In this document: positions 8,439-17,622 of the stretch, piece by piece | How positions within the stretch are numbered: position 1 is the stretch's first letter | How the letters are laid out: each line of letters begins with the position of its first letter | Source: an uncultured Bacteroidia bacterium | GTDB lineage: Bacteria; Bacteroidota; Bacteroidia; NS11-12g; UBA9320 | Direction: 5' to 3' | Assembly (NCBI GenBank): GCA_963924815.1 | Contig: CAWURO010000007.1 | Span: 3,120 to 67,119 of the forward strand | Length of the DNA stretch: 64,000 nucleotides | Notes under the pieces: generated by a model | The model's database searches: none | What the model saw: only the letters and a program-made list of their open reading frames with translations | What the model was told of the DNA's origin: nothing | Program-made: the position numbers and the translations under genes

Positions 8439-10250
8439 TTACATAGAGAGCGCTCCGTTTTTGGCTCTTTTACGTTCGTGTTCTAGTAAGTAGATCTTAC
8501 GCAAACGAATATTTTCAGGAGTAACTTCTACATACTCATCTGCTTGAATATACTCTAGTGCTTCTTCTAGCGTAAAAAGTTGTGGTGGAATAAGTTTAAT
8601 TTTCTCATCTGCGCCACTACTACGAACGTTACTTTGTTTTTTGGCTTTAGTTAGATTAACTACTACATCTCCAGGACGTGAATGTTCACCTACCACTTGA
8701 CCTTCATAAATCGCCTGATTAGGAGATACAAAGAACTTACCTCTATCTTGTAAGTTGTTAAGCGAATAAGGGATAGCACCGCCATTTTCCATACTGATCA
8801 AAGATCCATTTATACGTTGAGGTATATCTCCTTTATGTGCTTGAAACTCTTTGAAACGGTGTGATATAATTGCTTCTCCTTGTGTAGAAGTAAGTAGCGT
8901 GTTTCTTAATCCAATGATTCCACGTGATGGTATTTCAAACTCAAGATGCATTATATCACCTTTTGGTTCCATCGTAAGCATGTTTCCTTTTCTCAAGGAA
9001 ACGAATTCTATGACTTTACCACTATGATGTTCTGGAACATCGATGGTAAGTTCTTCAATAGGTTCGCATTTTACTCCATCAATTTCTTTGATAATAACAC
9101 GTGGTTGACCAATTTGTAATTCATAGCCTTCTCTACGCATAGTTTCAATAAGTACAGCTAAATGCAATACCCCTCTGCCGTATACTAAGAATGAATCTGC
9201 CGTAGATGTTTCTTGCAGTTTCATAGCAAGATTCCTTTCTAGCTCTTGTTCTAGTCTATCTTTAATATGTCTACTCGTAACATATTTTCCTTCTTTACCA
9301 AAGAAAGGAGAATCGTTAATAGTAAACAACATGCTTATGGTAGGCTCATCTATGCTGATGGAAGGAAGTGCTTCAGGATTTTCTGGGTCAGAGATAGTGT
9401 CGCCTATTTCAAAACCTTCAAGACCTGTAACAGCACAAATATCGCCAGCAGCAACTTTTTCTACTTTAACTTTTGCAAGACCATCATATAAGAAAAGTTC
9501 TTTTACTTTGGTTTTAGAAACGCTCCCGTCTCTTTTCACTAGAGAAACGTTTTGATTAACAACTAATTCTCCTCTTTTTAGTTTGCCAATGGCTATACGG
9601 CCTGTATACTTACTAAAATCTAAAGAAGTAATCATCATTTGTACGTTACCTTCTTCTTGTATGGGTGCAGGAACGTGCGCTAATATAGCATCTAATGCTG
9701 CAAACATATTGTCGGTAGGTTCTCTCCAATCGTTGCTCATCCAGCCATTTTTTGCTGATCCATAAACGGTAGCAAAGTCGAGTTGATCTTCGTTTGCATC
9801 TAAGGCAAACATGAGGTCAAATACTTTTTCATGCACCTCCTCTGGGGTGCAATTTTCTTTATCTACTTTATTTACCACTACAACAGGTTTTAACCCAGCT
9901 TCTAGTGCCTTTTGCAATACAAAACGTGTTTGTGGCATTGGGCCTTCAAAGGCATCTACTAAAAGTAGTACTCCGTCGGCCATATTCATTACACGTTCTA
10001 CTTCACCACCAAAATCACTGTGACCTGGGGTGTCGATAATATTTATCTTAGTGCCTTTGTATTGAACTGAAACATTTTTAGAGAGAATAGTAATACCACG
10101 TTCTTTTTCAATGTCATTATTATCCATTACTAATTCTCCAGGTTTCTCGTGATCTTTAAAAAACTCACATGCTTGAAGAATTTTGTCTACTAGGGTAGTT
10201 TTACCGTGGTCAACGTGAGCTATTATGGCTACGTTTCTAATTTTTTGCAT
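8439..10250 (-). CDS. typA: Translational GTPase TypA/BipA
   Basis: 603 aa with G1 AHVDHGKTT, DTPGH and NKVD motifs, and EF-G-like domains over the full length. Confidence 0.95.
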   Translation of the reverse strand: MQKIRNVAIIAHVDHGKTTLVDKILQACEFFKDHEKPGELVMDNNDIEKERGITILSKNVSVQYKGTKINIIDTPGHSDFGGEVERVMNMADGVLLLVDAFEGPMPQTRFVLQKALEAGLKPVVVVNKVDKENCTPEEVHEKVFDLMFALDANEDQLDFATVYGSAKNGWMSNDWREPTDNMFAALDAILAHVPAPIQEEGNVQMMITSLDFSKYTGRIAIGKLKRGELVVNQNVSLVKRDGSVSKTKVKELFLYDGLAKVKVEKVAAGDICAVTGLEGFEIGDTISDPENPEALPSISIDEPTISMLFTINDSPFFGKEGKYVTSRHIKDRLEQELERNLAMKLQETSTADSFLVYGRGVLHLAVLIETMRREGYELQIGQPRVIIKEIDGVKCEPIEELTIDVPEHHSGKVIEFVSLRKGNMLTMEPKGDIMHLEFEIPSRGIIGLRNTLLTSTQGEAIISHRFKEFQAHKGDIPQRINGSLISMENGGAIPYSLNNLQDRGKFFVSPNQAIYEGQVVGEHSRPGDVVVNLTKAKKQSNVRSSGADEKIKLIPPQLFTLEEALEYIQADEYVEVTPENIRLRKIYLLEHERKRAKNGALSM

Positions 10251-10274
10251 AAATTGCTGTATCTAAAATGGGTG

Positions 10275-10282
10275 CAAAGGTA
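10275..10282 (-). promoter_or_regulatory. -7 box TACCTTTG upstream of typA
   Basis: The reverse strand reads TACCTTTGCACCCATTTTAG, about 24 nt upstream of the ATG at 10250. Confidence 0.5.
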
Positions 10283-10320
10283 GTGAATAATCCCTTTGCA
10301 AGTGTTACTTGAAAATTACC

Positions 10321-10358
10321 AAAAAAATAAAGCCTTAATTATGTTTAATTAAGGCTTT
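10321..10358 (-). terminator. Rho-independent terminator after dnaA
   Basis: The 13-bp stem is AAAGCCTTAATTA / TAATTAAGGCTTT with a 4-nt loop. On the minus strand it is followed by TTATTTTTTT. Confidence 0.8.
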
Positions 10359-10380
10359 AAAACTATTTTAGAATAGTTGG

Positions 10381-11814
10381 TTAATACGTATTTATCTTTA
10401 TTCTTTTGGTTAGCTCATCTACGTCAGATTTAAACTTTTTATCTGTATCTATAAGATCGTTTACAGTTTGGCATGCATGTATTACAGTAGAGTGATCTCT
10501 GCCTCCAAAATACATTCCTATGTTTTTAAGACTAGCTTGTGTAAGTTGCTTAGCAAAGAACATCGATATTTGTCTTGCTTGTACGATTTCTCTCTTACGT
10601 GTTTTAGATTTCATAAGATCTACGCTGACACCAAAGTAGTCAGAAACAAGTTTTTGAATAAACTCGATTGATATTTCGCGAGATGAATTCTTAACAAAGT
10701 TTTTCATCATTTTTTTAGTCATCTCTAAGTCGATTTCTTTTCGATTAAGAGAAGCTTGTGCAATCAGTGAGATTAATGCGCCTTCTAATTCGCGAATATT
10801 GCTATCTACTTTATTTGCAACGTATTCTATTACCTCTGGCAGAAACTTAATGCCATCTTGATACATTTTTTGTTCTAAGATAGAGATGCGTGTTTCAAAG
10901 TCTGGATTTTGCAAGTCTGCAGAAAGTCCCCATTTGAATCTAGATAATAGTCTTTCGTCCACATCTTTTAGATCTTTTGGAGCACGGTCAGAAGTTAAGA
11001 TTAATTGCTTTCCGTTTTGGTGCAGGTAGTTGAATATTTGAAAAAATATTTCTTGTGTTTTTTCTTTTTTAGCAAAGAACTGAACATCGTCTACTATTAG
11101 AACATCTATCATCTGATAGAAATGCAAGAAATCATTGTAGTTTCCATTTTTAGCACTATCTACATATTGATTTATAAATCTTTCTGAAGAGACATATAGG
11201 ACTGATTTATTGCTAGATATTTCTTTTATACGATTTCCAATGGCATGCACTAAATGTGTTTTCCCTAAACCTACTCCACCGAATATCATCAATGGATTAA
11301 AAGCTGTTCCTCCGGGCTTATTGGCCACTGCATATCCAGCTGATCGCGCTAGTCTATTGCATTCACCTTCCACGAAATTGTCAAAAGTATAATTAGAGTT
11401 AAGCTGAGAATCTACATTTAACTTTTTAAGACCAGGTATAATAAATGGATTATGAATATTATTGGATAGGTTAATGGGCATTCCCATTTCATTCTTGTTA
11501 TTGTGAGTAACATTACGAGTGGGCATATTTACCGTATATGGTCTTGCACTACCGCTGCTATTTTCTACAATTACATTGTATTCTAGTTTTGAACCAGCTC
11601 CTAATTCCTTTTCCAAGGTTTTTTTGAGTAGAGCAACATAGTGTTCCTCTAACCATTCATAAAAAAATTGACTCGGAACTTGTATCGTTAGAACCTTATC
11701 TTCAATTTTTAGAGGTTTGATAGGGGTAAACCACGTTTTAAAACTTTGTGGGTTAACATTATCTTTTATAGTTTGAAGACAATTTTTCCACACCGTTTCG
11801 TGTTGTTCGCTCAT
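10381..11814 (-). CDS. dnaA: Chromosomal replication initiator protein DnaA
   Basis: 477 aa with an AAA+ Walker A GGVGLGKTHL, Walker B LIVDDVQF, and the C-terminal DNA-binding helix RQISMFF...GGRDHSTVIHA. Confidence 0.96.
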   Translation of the reverse strand: MSEQHETVWKNCLQTIKDNVNPQSFKTWFTPIKPLKIEDKVLTIQVPSQFFYEWLEEHYVALLKKTLEKELGAGSKLEYNVIVENSSGSARPYTVNMPTRNVTHNNKNEMGMPINLSNNIHNPFIIPGLKKLNVDSQLNSNYTFDNFVEGECNRLARSAGYAVANKPGGTAFNPLMIFGGVGLGKTHLVHAIGNRIKEISSNKSVLYVSSERFINQYVDSAKNGNYNDFLHFYQMIDVLIVDDVQFFAKKEKTQEIFFQIFNYLHQNGKQLILTSDRAPKDLKDVDERLLSRFKWGLSADLQNPDFETRISILEQKMYQDGIKFLPEVIEYVANKVDSNIRELEGALISLIAQASLNRKEIDLEMTKKMMKNFVKNSSREISIEFIQKLVSDYFGVSVDLMKSKTRKREIVQARQISMFFAKQLTQASLKNIGMYFGGRDHSTVIHACQTVNDLIDTDKKFKSDVDELTKRIKINTY

Positions 11815-11936
11815 GTAAGTTTTTGGTTGTTAAAAAGTTAGGTTAATAAAATATAATCTCGAAGTGGTTTTCCACCGTAATAGACGTGCAAGTTGCGGTA
11901 AAAAAAGTTTCTAAAAAAATAAAAATAGTATTGATT

Positions 11937-12839
11937 TTATAAAATATTTGAGTAGTTAAACCCTAGTATTTGTGCGCTTTTTGAGTTATTAACCTCATAA
12001 TCAATACGTCCCAAGTTTACACCTGCCCATCCGGTTTGATTAATAAATATTTCTTTTCCATATTGATTAAAAATGCCTTGTGGATAACTCAAAAATGTAT
12101 GGGTATGTCCGCCTAAAATCAAGTCTATATTTTTAGACATTTTAGCTAAAATAGTATCGCTCACCTTGTTATCTTCATACTGATAGCCTAAATGTGATAA
12201 GCAAATTATCAAGTTGCATCCTTTTTTTTTCAATAATGCTGCAGTTTTATTAGCACATTCAACAGGATCTTGGTATTTAATTTCTCCAAATAGTTTTTTT
12301 GGTACTAAGCCATCTAATTCAATTCCTATCCCAAATACCCCAATTTTAAATTCCCCCTTATGACAAATGGCATATGGATTTACCTTACCGTCTAATAGGG
12401 TGTTGCTGAAATCGTAATTAGCACATAAGAAGTTAAAACTTGCATGTGGTAATTGTTTAACTAATCCTTCTATACCTGCGTCAAAATCGTGATTGCCTAA
12501 TGTTGCATAATCGTAGCCCATCTCACTCATTAATTTGAACTCTAACTCGCCGCCGTAATAGTTAAAGTAAGGTGTGCCTTGAAAAATATCACCACTGTCT
12601 AGTAGAAGTACGTTTTTATGTTTAGCCCGAATTTTATTAATCATAGCGGCCCTTTTTGCTGCGCCTCCTAATCCGGGATATTTTTTGTCGGTATCTGGAA
12701 ACGGTTCTATGTGGCTGTGCCAGTCGTTTGTGTGTAAAATAACTAACCGCTCATGATTACTCCCAAACATCTCTTTCGGAGCCATTGTTACACCTGCAGT
12801 AATTACTGCTGCTTTATATATGAATTCTTTGCGATTCAT
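11937..12839 (-). CDS. Metallophosphoesterase (5'-nucleotidase/UshA N-terminal-type catalytic domain), Tat-like signal
   Basis: 300 aa with calcineurin-like motifs (HTNDWH, GDIFQG, GNHDF, GGHTH). The N-terminus MNRKEFIYKAAVITAG resembles a Tat signal. Confidence 0.85.
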   Translation of the reverse strand: MNRKEFIYKAAVITAGVTMAPKEMFGSNHERLVILHTNDWHSHIEPFPDTDKKYPGLGGAAKRAAMINKIRAKHKNVLLLDSGDIFQGTPYFNYYGGELEFKLMSEMGYDYATLGNHDFDAGIEGLVKQLPHASFNFLCANYDFSNTLLDGKVNPYAICHKGEFKIGVFGIGIELDGLVPKKLFGEIKYQDPVECANKTAALLKKKGCNLIICLSHLGYQYEDNKVSDTILAKMSKNIDLILGGHTHTFLSYPQGIFNQYGKEIFINQTGWAGVNLGRIDYEVNNSKSAQILGFNYSNIL

Positions 12840-13522
12840 AGTTCCCTGATTTTGGTATCGAAAGTGATATGCTGATGTATTTTTACATATTCTATTAAAG
12901 CATCTCTTATTTTAATGTTGGTATTTATTCTTTCAGAAGCTCGGGTAAGAAAACTATAATTATCGCCTCCGTTTGCCATGTAATCTGTAGTGACTAAATA
13001 AAAATAGTCTTGACCGCTTAACGCAATTTGTTTTAGTGAATTTATATTATCGGATATAGGCTCACCACCTTTTATCCTAATAAAATTTTGAAGGGAATCT
13101 ATGTAAGTGGTGTTTAATTTTAAGATTGCAATTTCATTTTCAAATGGCATTATTTGGAATATATCACCCACAGTTATCTCACCTGAATCCAAGGTGCTGC
13201 GAATTCCCCCATAGTTTAGTATACAAATAGTGGAAAGAGGATATACCTTTATTGCGCTTTCCATGACGGCATCTGCCATAAAATTACCTAATGCGCTACT
13301 TGGTTTTTTCTTTTCTACGAATGCCGGGCTGTGTCCTATAATCACATTCATGGCTGCAGCCATTCCAAGTGTATAAGGGCTTATTAAGTCTTCAATTTGT
13401 TTATCTGTCTTATCGTTTATGTTTAATTGAATGTTACTAGTAGGCTGAGCTACAGGCGTTATTCTTGTCTTACAACTATATAAAAACAGTATTATGAAGA
13501 ATATTTTATAAATCAATTTCAA
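12836..13522 (-). CDS. 5'-nucleotidase C-terminal (substrate-binding) domain lipoprotein
   Basis: 228 aa with lipobox LFLYSCK and 5'-nucleotidase_C-like motifs (NYGGIRS, FENEI, TTDYMANGGD). An ATGA overlap links it to the downstream metallophosphoesterase gene. Confidence 0.8.
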   Translation of the reverse strand: MKLIYKIFFIILFLYSCKTRITPVAQPTSNIQLNINDKTDKQIEDLISPYTLGMAAAMNVIIGHSPAFVEKKKPSSALGNFMADAVMESAIKVYPLSTICILNYGGIRSTLDSGEITVGDIFQIMPFENEIAILKLNTTYIDSLQNFIRIKGGEPISDNINSLKQIALSGQDYFYLVTTDYMANGGDNYSFLTRASERINTNIKIRDALIEYVKIHQHITFDTKIREL

Positions 13523-13771
13523 TTTCTTTTTTTAATAATTCAATTTCTTTTTGTATCGAATGAACACGTTCTGCAATTAGTTTGTGTACTATTTTTTGCC
13601 TAGTACAGGTCCTGTTTCATTTGGCTTGCGCTATTTCGATGGATAGTATCATATCTATAGAACGAAATTAAAGCTAATGGTTCTTTATTTATTTATAAAA
13701 TCGAAAAATTACTTCATTTAATAGATGCTTCCACCGCGTATCTACTTTAGTACTTACTTTGAAGGTATAAA

Positions 13772-15001
13772 ATGACCATCTACCAAAATTTTAAAGAAGC
13801 ATTTACCAGTATCAAGGGTAATATTACGAGAACGATAATTACGTGTCTCATTATCTCTTTTGGTATTATGGCATTGGTTGGTATTCTTACAGCGATAGAT
13901 GGAATAGAGAGTAGCTTGGTAAAAAACTTTAGTTTTATGGGGTCAAACTCATTTAACATCCAGAATAGATCCTCGGGTTTTTCGTTGAGCAGAAAAAACA
14001 AACGAACATTCTTCGAGAATATAACCTATAAGGAAGCCGAAGAATTTAAAAATAGATTTGCAGAGGATGCCGAGGTTTCGGTAAATTCTTCCAATTCTTG
14101 GACAGCGATAGCCAAAAATGGAAATAAAAAGACGAATCCTAATTCTAATATAATTGGTGCCGATGAATCTTATCTTGCCGTAGCGGGTTACGACTTAGCC
14201 GAAGGTAGAAATTTAACAATGGCAGATGTTGAGCGAAATGTTAATGTAGTGATGATTGGTCAAGAGATTAAAGAATCGCTATTTGGTGCAGAAAATTGTA
14301 TTAATAAGGACATTAAGGTAGGTGGTGTTAAGCTTCGAGTAATTGGTCTTTTTGCCAGTAAAGGGGGGGCGTTTGATTTTGGAGGAGATAGAATTATCCT
14401 AATGCCTGTAACGTTGGCTAGGGATAAATTTCCGAAAGACAATTTGAGTTATAATATAGGGGTTAGTGTTCCGAGTATAGCTAATTTAGACGCTATGTCG
14501 GGTTATTCGGAGAACCTATTTAGACAAATACGGAGGCTAAAGGTAAAAGAGGAAATAAATTTCAGTATCGTAAAGTCGGATAGTATTGCTGCTTCTTTGA
14601 TGGAGAACTTAAACGTTATTTTATTGGGTGCTGTGTATATAGCGGCTATCACGCTAATGGGAGCGGCAATAGCCTTAATGAATATCATGTTGGTCTCGGT
14701 AACGGAGCGAACCAAAGAAATTGGTACTCGTAAAGCGATAGGTGCAAGAAGTAAAACGGTTTTAAACCAATTTGTAATTGAAGCCATTGTAATATGCCAA
14801 ATAGGTGGCCTAGGTGGTGTTATATTAGGAATTACGATGGGTAACCTCATTAGTAGTATGATAGGAGGTAGCTTTATTATACCTTGGAATTGGATTGGTT
14901 TGGCCTTGGTTGTATGCACGGTAGTAGGTTTAGGTGCGGGAATATGGCCAGCATACAAGGCGTCACGTATTAACCCAATAGAAGCTTTAAGGCACGAGTA
15001 G
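13772..15001 (+). CDS. ABC transporter permease, MacB/FtsX family
   Basis: 409 aa with an N-terminal TM helix, a MacB-like periplasmic core domain, and a C-terminal FtsX domain (ERTKEIGTRKAIGA). Confidence 0.88.
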   Translation: MTIYQNFKEAFTSIKGNITRTIITCLIISFGIMALVGILTAIDGIESSLVKNFSFMGSNSFNIQNRSSGFSLSRKNKRTFFENITYKEAEEFKNRFAEDAEVSVNSSNSWTAIAKNGNKKTNPNSNIIGADESYLAVAGYDLAEGRNLTMADVERNVNVVMIGQEIKESLFGAENCINKDIKVGGVKLRVIGLFASKGGAFDFGGDRIILMPVTLARDKFPKDNLSYNIGVSVPSIANLDAMSGYSENLFRQIRRLKVKEEINFSIVKSDSIAASLMENLNVILLGAVYIAAITLMGAAIALMNIMLVSVTERTKEIGTRKAIGARSKTVLNQFVIEAIVICQIGGLGGVILGITMGNLISSMIGGSFIIPWNWIGLALVVCTVVGLGAGIWPAYKASRINPIEALRHE

Positions 15002-15022
15002 ATATCTGCTCATTTTTTTGGC

Positions 15023-15055
15023 AAAAAAAATCCCGACTCTAAAGTCGGGATTTTT
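15023..15055. terminator. Bidirectional terminator between the MacB-like permease (+) and rplI (-)
   Basis: AAAAAAAA-TCCCGACT-ctaa-AGTCGGGA-TTTTT. An A-run and a T-run flank an 8-bp GC-rich stem. Confidence 0.85.
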
Positions 15056-15081
15056 ACATTTATTCGAAAGAATAGTAATTA

Positions 15082-15522
15082 TTACTCTTGAACTACGTCT
15101 ACATCTATTTCTACAGAAATTTCTTTGTGTAGTTGAATAGATGCTTTGTATTCTCCTATGTTTTTAATCTCAGGAGTAGTTATTTTTCTTTTATCAATAT
15201 CAAACCCTCTGTCTACAAGACTTTGAGCTAATTGCATAGCTGTAACTGAACCAAATATTTTGCCATTAGAACCTGCTTTAGTTGGAACAGTAACTTTCAT
15301 TCCTGTTAACTTTTCTGCAAGTGCTTGAGCATCTTCTTTGATTTTTGTTTGCTTGTGAGCTGCTTGTCTCACGTTTTCTTCTGCCATTTTGATGGCAGAT
15401 GGAGTAGCAATAGTTGCTAATCCTTGAGGAATAAGGTAATTTCTACCGAAGCCGTTTTTCACTTCAACGATATCATTTTTCTCACCAAATCCTTTTACGA
15501 AATCTTTTAATATAACTTTCAT
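15082..15522 (-). CDS. rplI: 50S ribosomal protein L9
   Basis: 146 aa. MKVILKDFVKGFGEKNDIVEVKNGFGRNYLIP matches the L9 N-terminal domain. It is the last gene of the rpsF-rpsR-rplI operon. Confidence 0.95.
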   Translation of the reverse strand: MKVILKDFVKGFGEKNDIVEVKNGFGRNYLIPQGLATIATPSAIKMAEENVRQAAHKQTKIKEDAQALAEKLTGMKVTVPTKAGSNGKIFGSVTAMQLAQSLVDRGFDIDKRKITTPEIKNIGEYKASIQLHKEISVEIDVDVVQE

Positions 15523-15548
15523 TGCGTTAAAATTTAATTTGGTTAAAC

Positions 15549-15803
15549 TTATTTCATTTGGTCTGCTACGTAAGGAAGTAAAGCAATATGTCTACATCTC
15601 TTAACAGCTACAGCCACTTTTCGTTGAAATTTAAGCGAAGTGCCCGTAATACGTCTTGGTAATAACTTGCCTTGCTCATTAATAAATGCCATCAAGAAAT
15701 CTGGATTCTTGTAGTCTATATACTTGATTCCACTTTTCTTGAATCTGCAATACTTCTTAGGACGTATTATAGGAACTCTAGTGTATTTTTGTCTCTTAGC
15801 CAT
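15549..15803 (-). CDS. rpsR: 30S ribosomal protein S18
   Basis: 84 aa carrying the S18 signature YIDYKN...[34 protein letters not shown]. Confidence 0.95.
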   Translation of the reverse strand: MAKRQKYTRVPIIRPKKYCRFKKSGIKYIDYKNPDFLMAFINEQGKLLPRRITGTSLKFQRKVAVAVKRCRHIALLPYVADQMK

Positions 15804-15806
15804 GAT

Positions 15807-16232
15807 TTATTCCTCCTCTTCACTAGTTACTGGTGTTACTTTAGCTTCTACTACTGGTGCAGCATTTGTAGTATCTACAATTTTAGCTTTTTTGAATTCT
15901 CCGTTTCTTCTTCTCTCATTGTACTTGATAGCGTGCTTGTCAAGTTTGATACATAAGTATCTTAAAACTTGCTCGTCACGTCTGTAAGCTAATTCAAGCT
16001 TGTCAACGATTTGTGCATCTGCTTCAGCTGCAAATTCGAAAATTTGATAGAAACCTGTTGTTTTTTTCTGAATTGGATAAGCCATTTTAGTTAGGCCCCA
16101 ATTTTCTTTGTGGATGAGCTCTCCACCGTTTTCTGTGATCAGCTTTTCGAAAGAGGATACTGCATCTTGCAACATCTTTTCGCTAAGCACGGGTGTTAAA
16201 ACAACCACAGACTCGTAATGTGTTTTTTCCAT
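15807..16232 (-). CDS. rpsF: 30S ribosomal protein S6
   Basis: 141 aa with an S6 fold (HYESVVVLTP...WGLTKMAYPI) and an acidic C-terminal tail. It is the first gene of the S6-S18-L9 operon. Confidence 0.93.
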   Translation of the reverse strand: MEKTHYESVVVLTPVLSEKMLQDAVSSFEKLITENGGELIHKENWGLTKMAYPIQKKTTGFYQIFEFAAEADAQIVDKLELAYRRDEQVLRYLCIKLDKHAIKYNERRRNGEFKKAKIVDTTNAAPVVEAKVTPVTSEEEE

Positions 16233-16253
16233 TGTTATTGTGTTTAAAAATAA

Positions 16254-16273
16254 TTTTTAGGGCTGCAAAAGTA
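16254..16273 (-). promoter_or_regulatory. rpsF operon promoter: -7 box TACTTTTG plus GC-rich CAGCCCTAAAAA
   Basis: The reverse strand reads TACTTTTGCAGCCCTAAAAA. The 16-nt TTTGCAGCCCTAAAAA is identical to the rpmB promoter region. Confidence 0.55.
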
Positions 16274-16533
16274 ATATTTTAAAATATAAATACACAACTA
16301 TGTATAGGTTAAAATTTCAGTCGCTTTTTTACTTGCTTATTTTAAGCTTTATTTAATTGTGAAATACAGATATAGGAAGGACTTTGCTTGACTTGATAAA
16401 TCATTCAGTAGAGGCTTTGAAGGAAATTTGCAAGTATCCATATTAAGCTAAAAGCAAGAATGAAGTTTATTTATTGACTAAATTTTCAACACTTCTTGTT
16501 TATCACCTTATACTAAATATACTTTGCACTCTC

Positions 16534-17622
16534 ATGGGAAGTTACGTAGTAAGTGCACGAAAATATAGACCTGAAACCTTTGATACGGTTGTTGGGCAAC
16601 AGCATATTACCGAAACACTTATTAATGAAATTACCAATGATCGTTTGGCTCAAGCCTTTCTCTTTTGTGGTCCTAGAGGAGTCGGTAAAACTACTTGTGC
16701 CCGTATCTTGGCAAAGGAGATAAATAAGGGGACGGTTCCAGATGGGTATGATTTTTCCTTTAACATTTTTGAATTAGACGCTGCATCTCATAATTCTGTT
16801 GATGATATACGAGCGCTCAATGAGCAAGTTCGTATACCGCCGCAAACGGGCGTTTATAAGGTATACATTATTGATGAGGTTCATATGTTGTCACAGCAAG
16901 CATTTAATGCTTTCCTGAAAACATTAGAAGAACCTCCTAAGTATGCTATTTTTATTTTAGCAACTACAGAAAAGCATAAAATACTTCCAACCATCTTGTC
17001 TCGTTGTCAGGTTTTTAACTTTGATAGAATTCAAATACCTGAAATAGTAAGTCACCTGCAAGGAATTGCAAAAGATGAGCATATAGAGGCAGAAGAGGAT
17101 GCATTACATCTAATAGCACAAAAGGCAGATGGCGCTATGCGTGATGCCCTATCTATTTTTGATCAAATGGCTAGTTTTGGCAAAGATGGAAAGATAACGT
17201 ATGCTGATGTTATTGAGAATTTAAATATTTTAGATTACGACTACTATTTTAAGATGGTAGATGGCTTCCTTGAAGGCGATATAAGTTCTGTGTTGGTTAA
17301 CTATGACGAAATACAGCGCAATGGTTTTGATGGTCAATTGTTTATCAATGGATTAGCTAATCATTTTAGGGATTTATTGGTTGCTCAAAATGCCAATAGC
17401 CAGCAACTACTGGAAAAATCAAAAGAAATAGCAGGTAGATATCACAAGCAAGCTTTAGCCGTTACGCCGTCATTTATTATCAATGCGATAAACATATTGG
17501 GTGAGACCGATATGAATTATAAAACGAGCAGGAATACCCGACTGCATGTAGAGTTATGCTTGATAAAATTGGCATCATTACAACACGCCATAGACGTAAC
17601 TAAAAAAAAAAGCCTAGGTTAG
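16534..17622 (+). CDS. dnaX: DNA polymerase III subunit gamma/tau, 0-frame product (clamp-loader domains I-III, gamma-like)
   Basis: Walker A GPRGVGKTT, Walker B IIDEVHML and sensor SRCQVF are present. I prefer the ATG at 16534 (MGSYVVSARKYRPETF) over the track TTG at 16474. The 0 frame stops at TAG 17620..17622, three codons after an A10 run. Confidence 0.9.
   Translation: MGSYVVSARKYRPETFDTVVGQQHITETLINEITNDRLAQAFLFCGPRGVGKTTCARILAKEINKGTVPDGYDFSFNIFELDAASHNSVDDIRALNEQVRIPPQTGVYKVYIIDEVHMLSQQAFNAFLKTLEEPPKYAIFILATTEKHKILPTILSRCQVFNFDRIQIPEIVSHLQGIAKDEHIEAEEDALHLIAQKADGAMRDALSIFDQMASFGKDGKITYADVIENLNILDYDYYFKMVDGFLEGDISSVLVNYDEIQRNGFDGQLFINGLANHFRDLLVAQNANSQQLLEKSKEIAGRYHKQALAVTPSFIINAINILGETDMNYKTSRNTRLHVELCLIKLASLQHAIDVTKKKSLG
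17602..17611 (+). other. A10 homopolymer inside dnaX, a candidate slippage/frameshift site (A-AAA-AAA heptamer in the 0 frame)
   Basis: The 0 frame reads ACT AAA AAA AAA AGC CTA GGT TAG. The -1 frame from 17610 reads AAG CCT AGG TTA GAA and continues with no stop until it joins ORF 17748..18200. Confidence 0.6.

Noticed and set aside
11815-11936. The dnaA upstream region as a candidate oriC.
   Set aside because: It has only one 7-of-9 DnaA-box-like site and is only 122 nt long. A clustered-box architecture is absent, and this cannot be decided without whole-replicon GC skew.
13530-13640. A minus-strand frame reading ...KIVHKLIAERVHSIQKEIELLKKEIEIDL*, coiled-coil-like, just upstream of the 5'-nucleotidase C-domain gene.
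   Set aside because: About 36 codons are open after a TGA and there is no ATG, GTG or TTG start. It is most likely chance, or a decayed remnant.
14503-14958. A 151-aa antisense ORF inside the MacB-like permease gene. Similar shadow ORFs occur at 348..578, 1191..1619, 19013..19366, 23303..23647, 23820..24134, 54335..54682, 63261..63569 and other track entries of 60-117 aa.
   Set aside because: Each one lies opposite to, or out of frame within, a gene with strong family motifs. None shows a recognisable motif. They are expected by chance in AT-rich coding DNA.
16474-16533. ORF-track N-terminal extensions starting at TTG or GTG: dnaX 16474, K+ channel 19671, OmpA 27742, beta-barrel protein 29159, LTA synthase 32112, hisS 33981, hydrolase 36125, S1 49476 and M61 50952.
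   Set aside because: The extensions run through promoter boxes or terminator hairpins and precede an in-frame ATG that starts a signal peptide or a conserved N-terminus. S1 is the exception, where a downstream TTG is the best start. I therefore chose the downstream starts.
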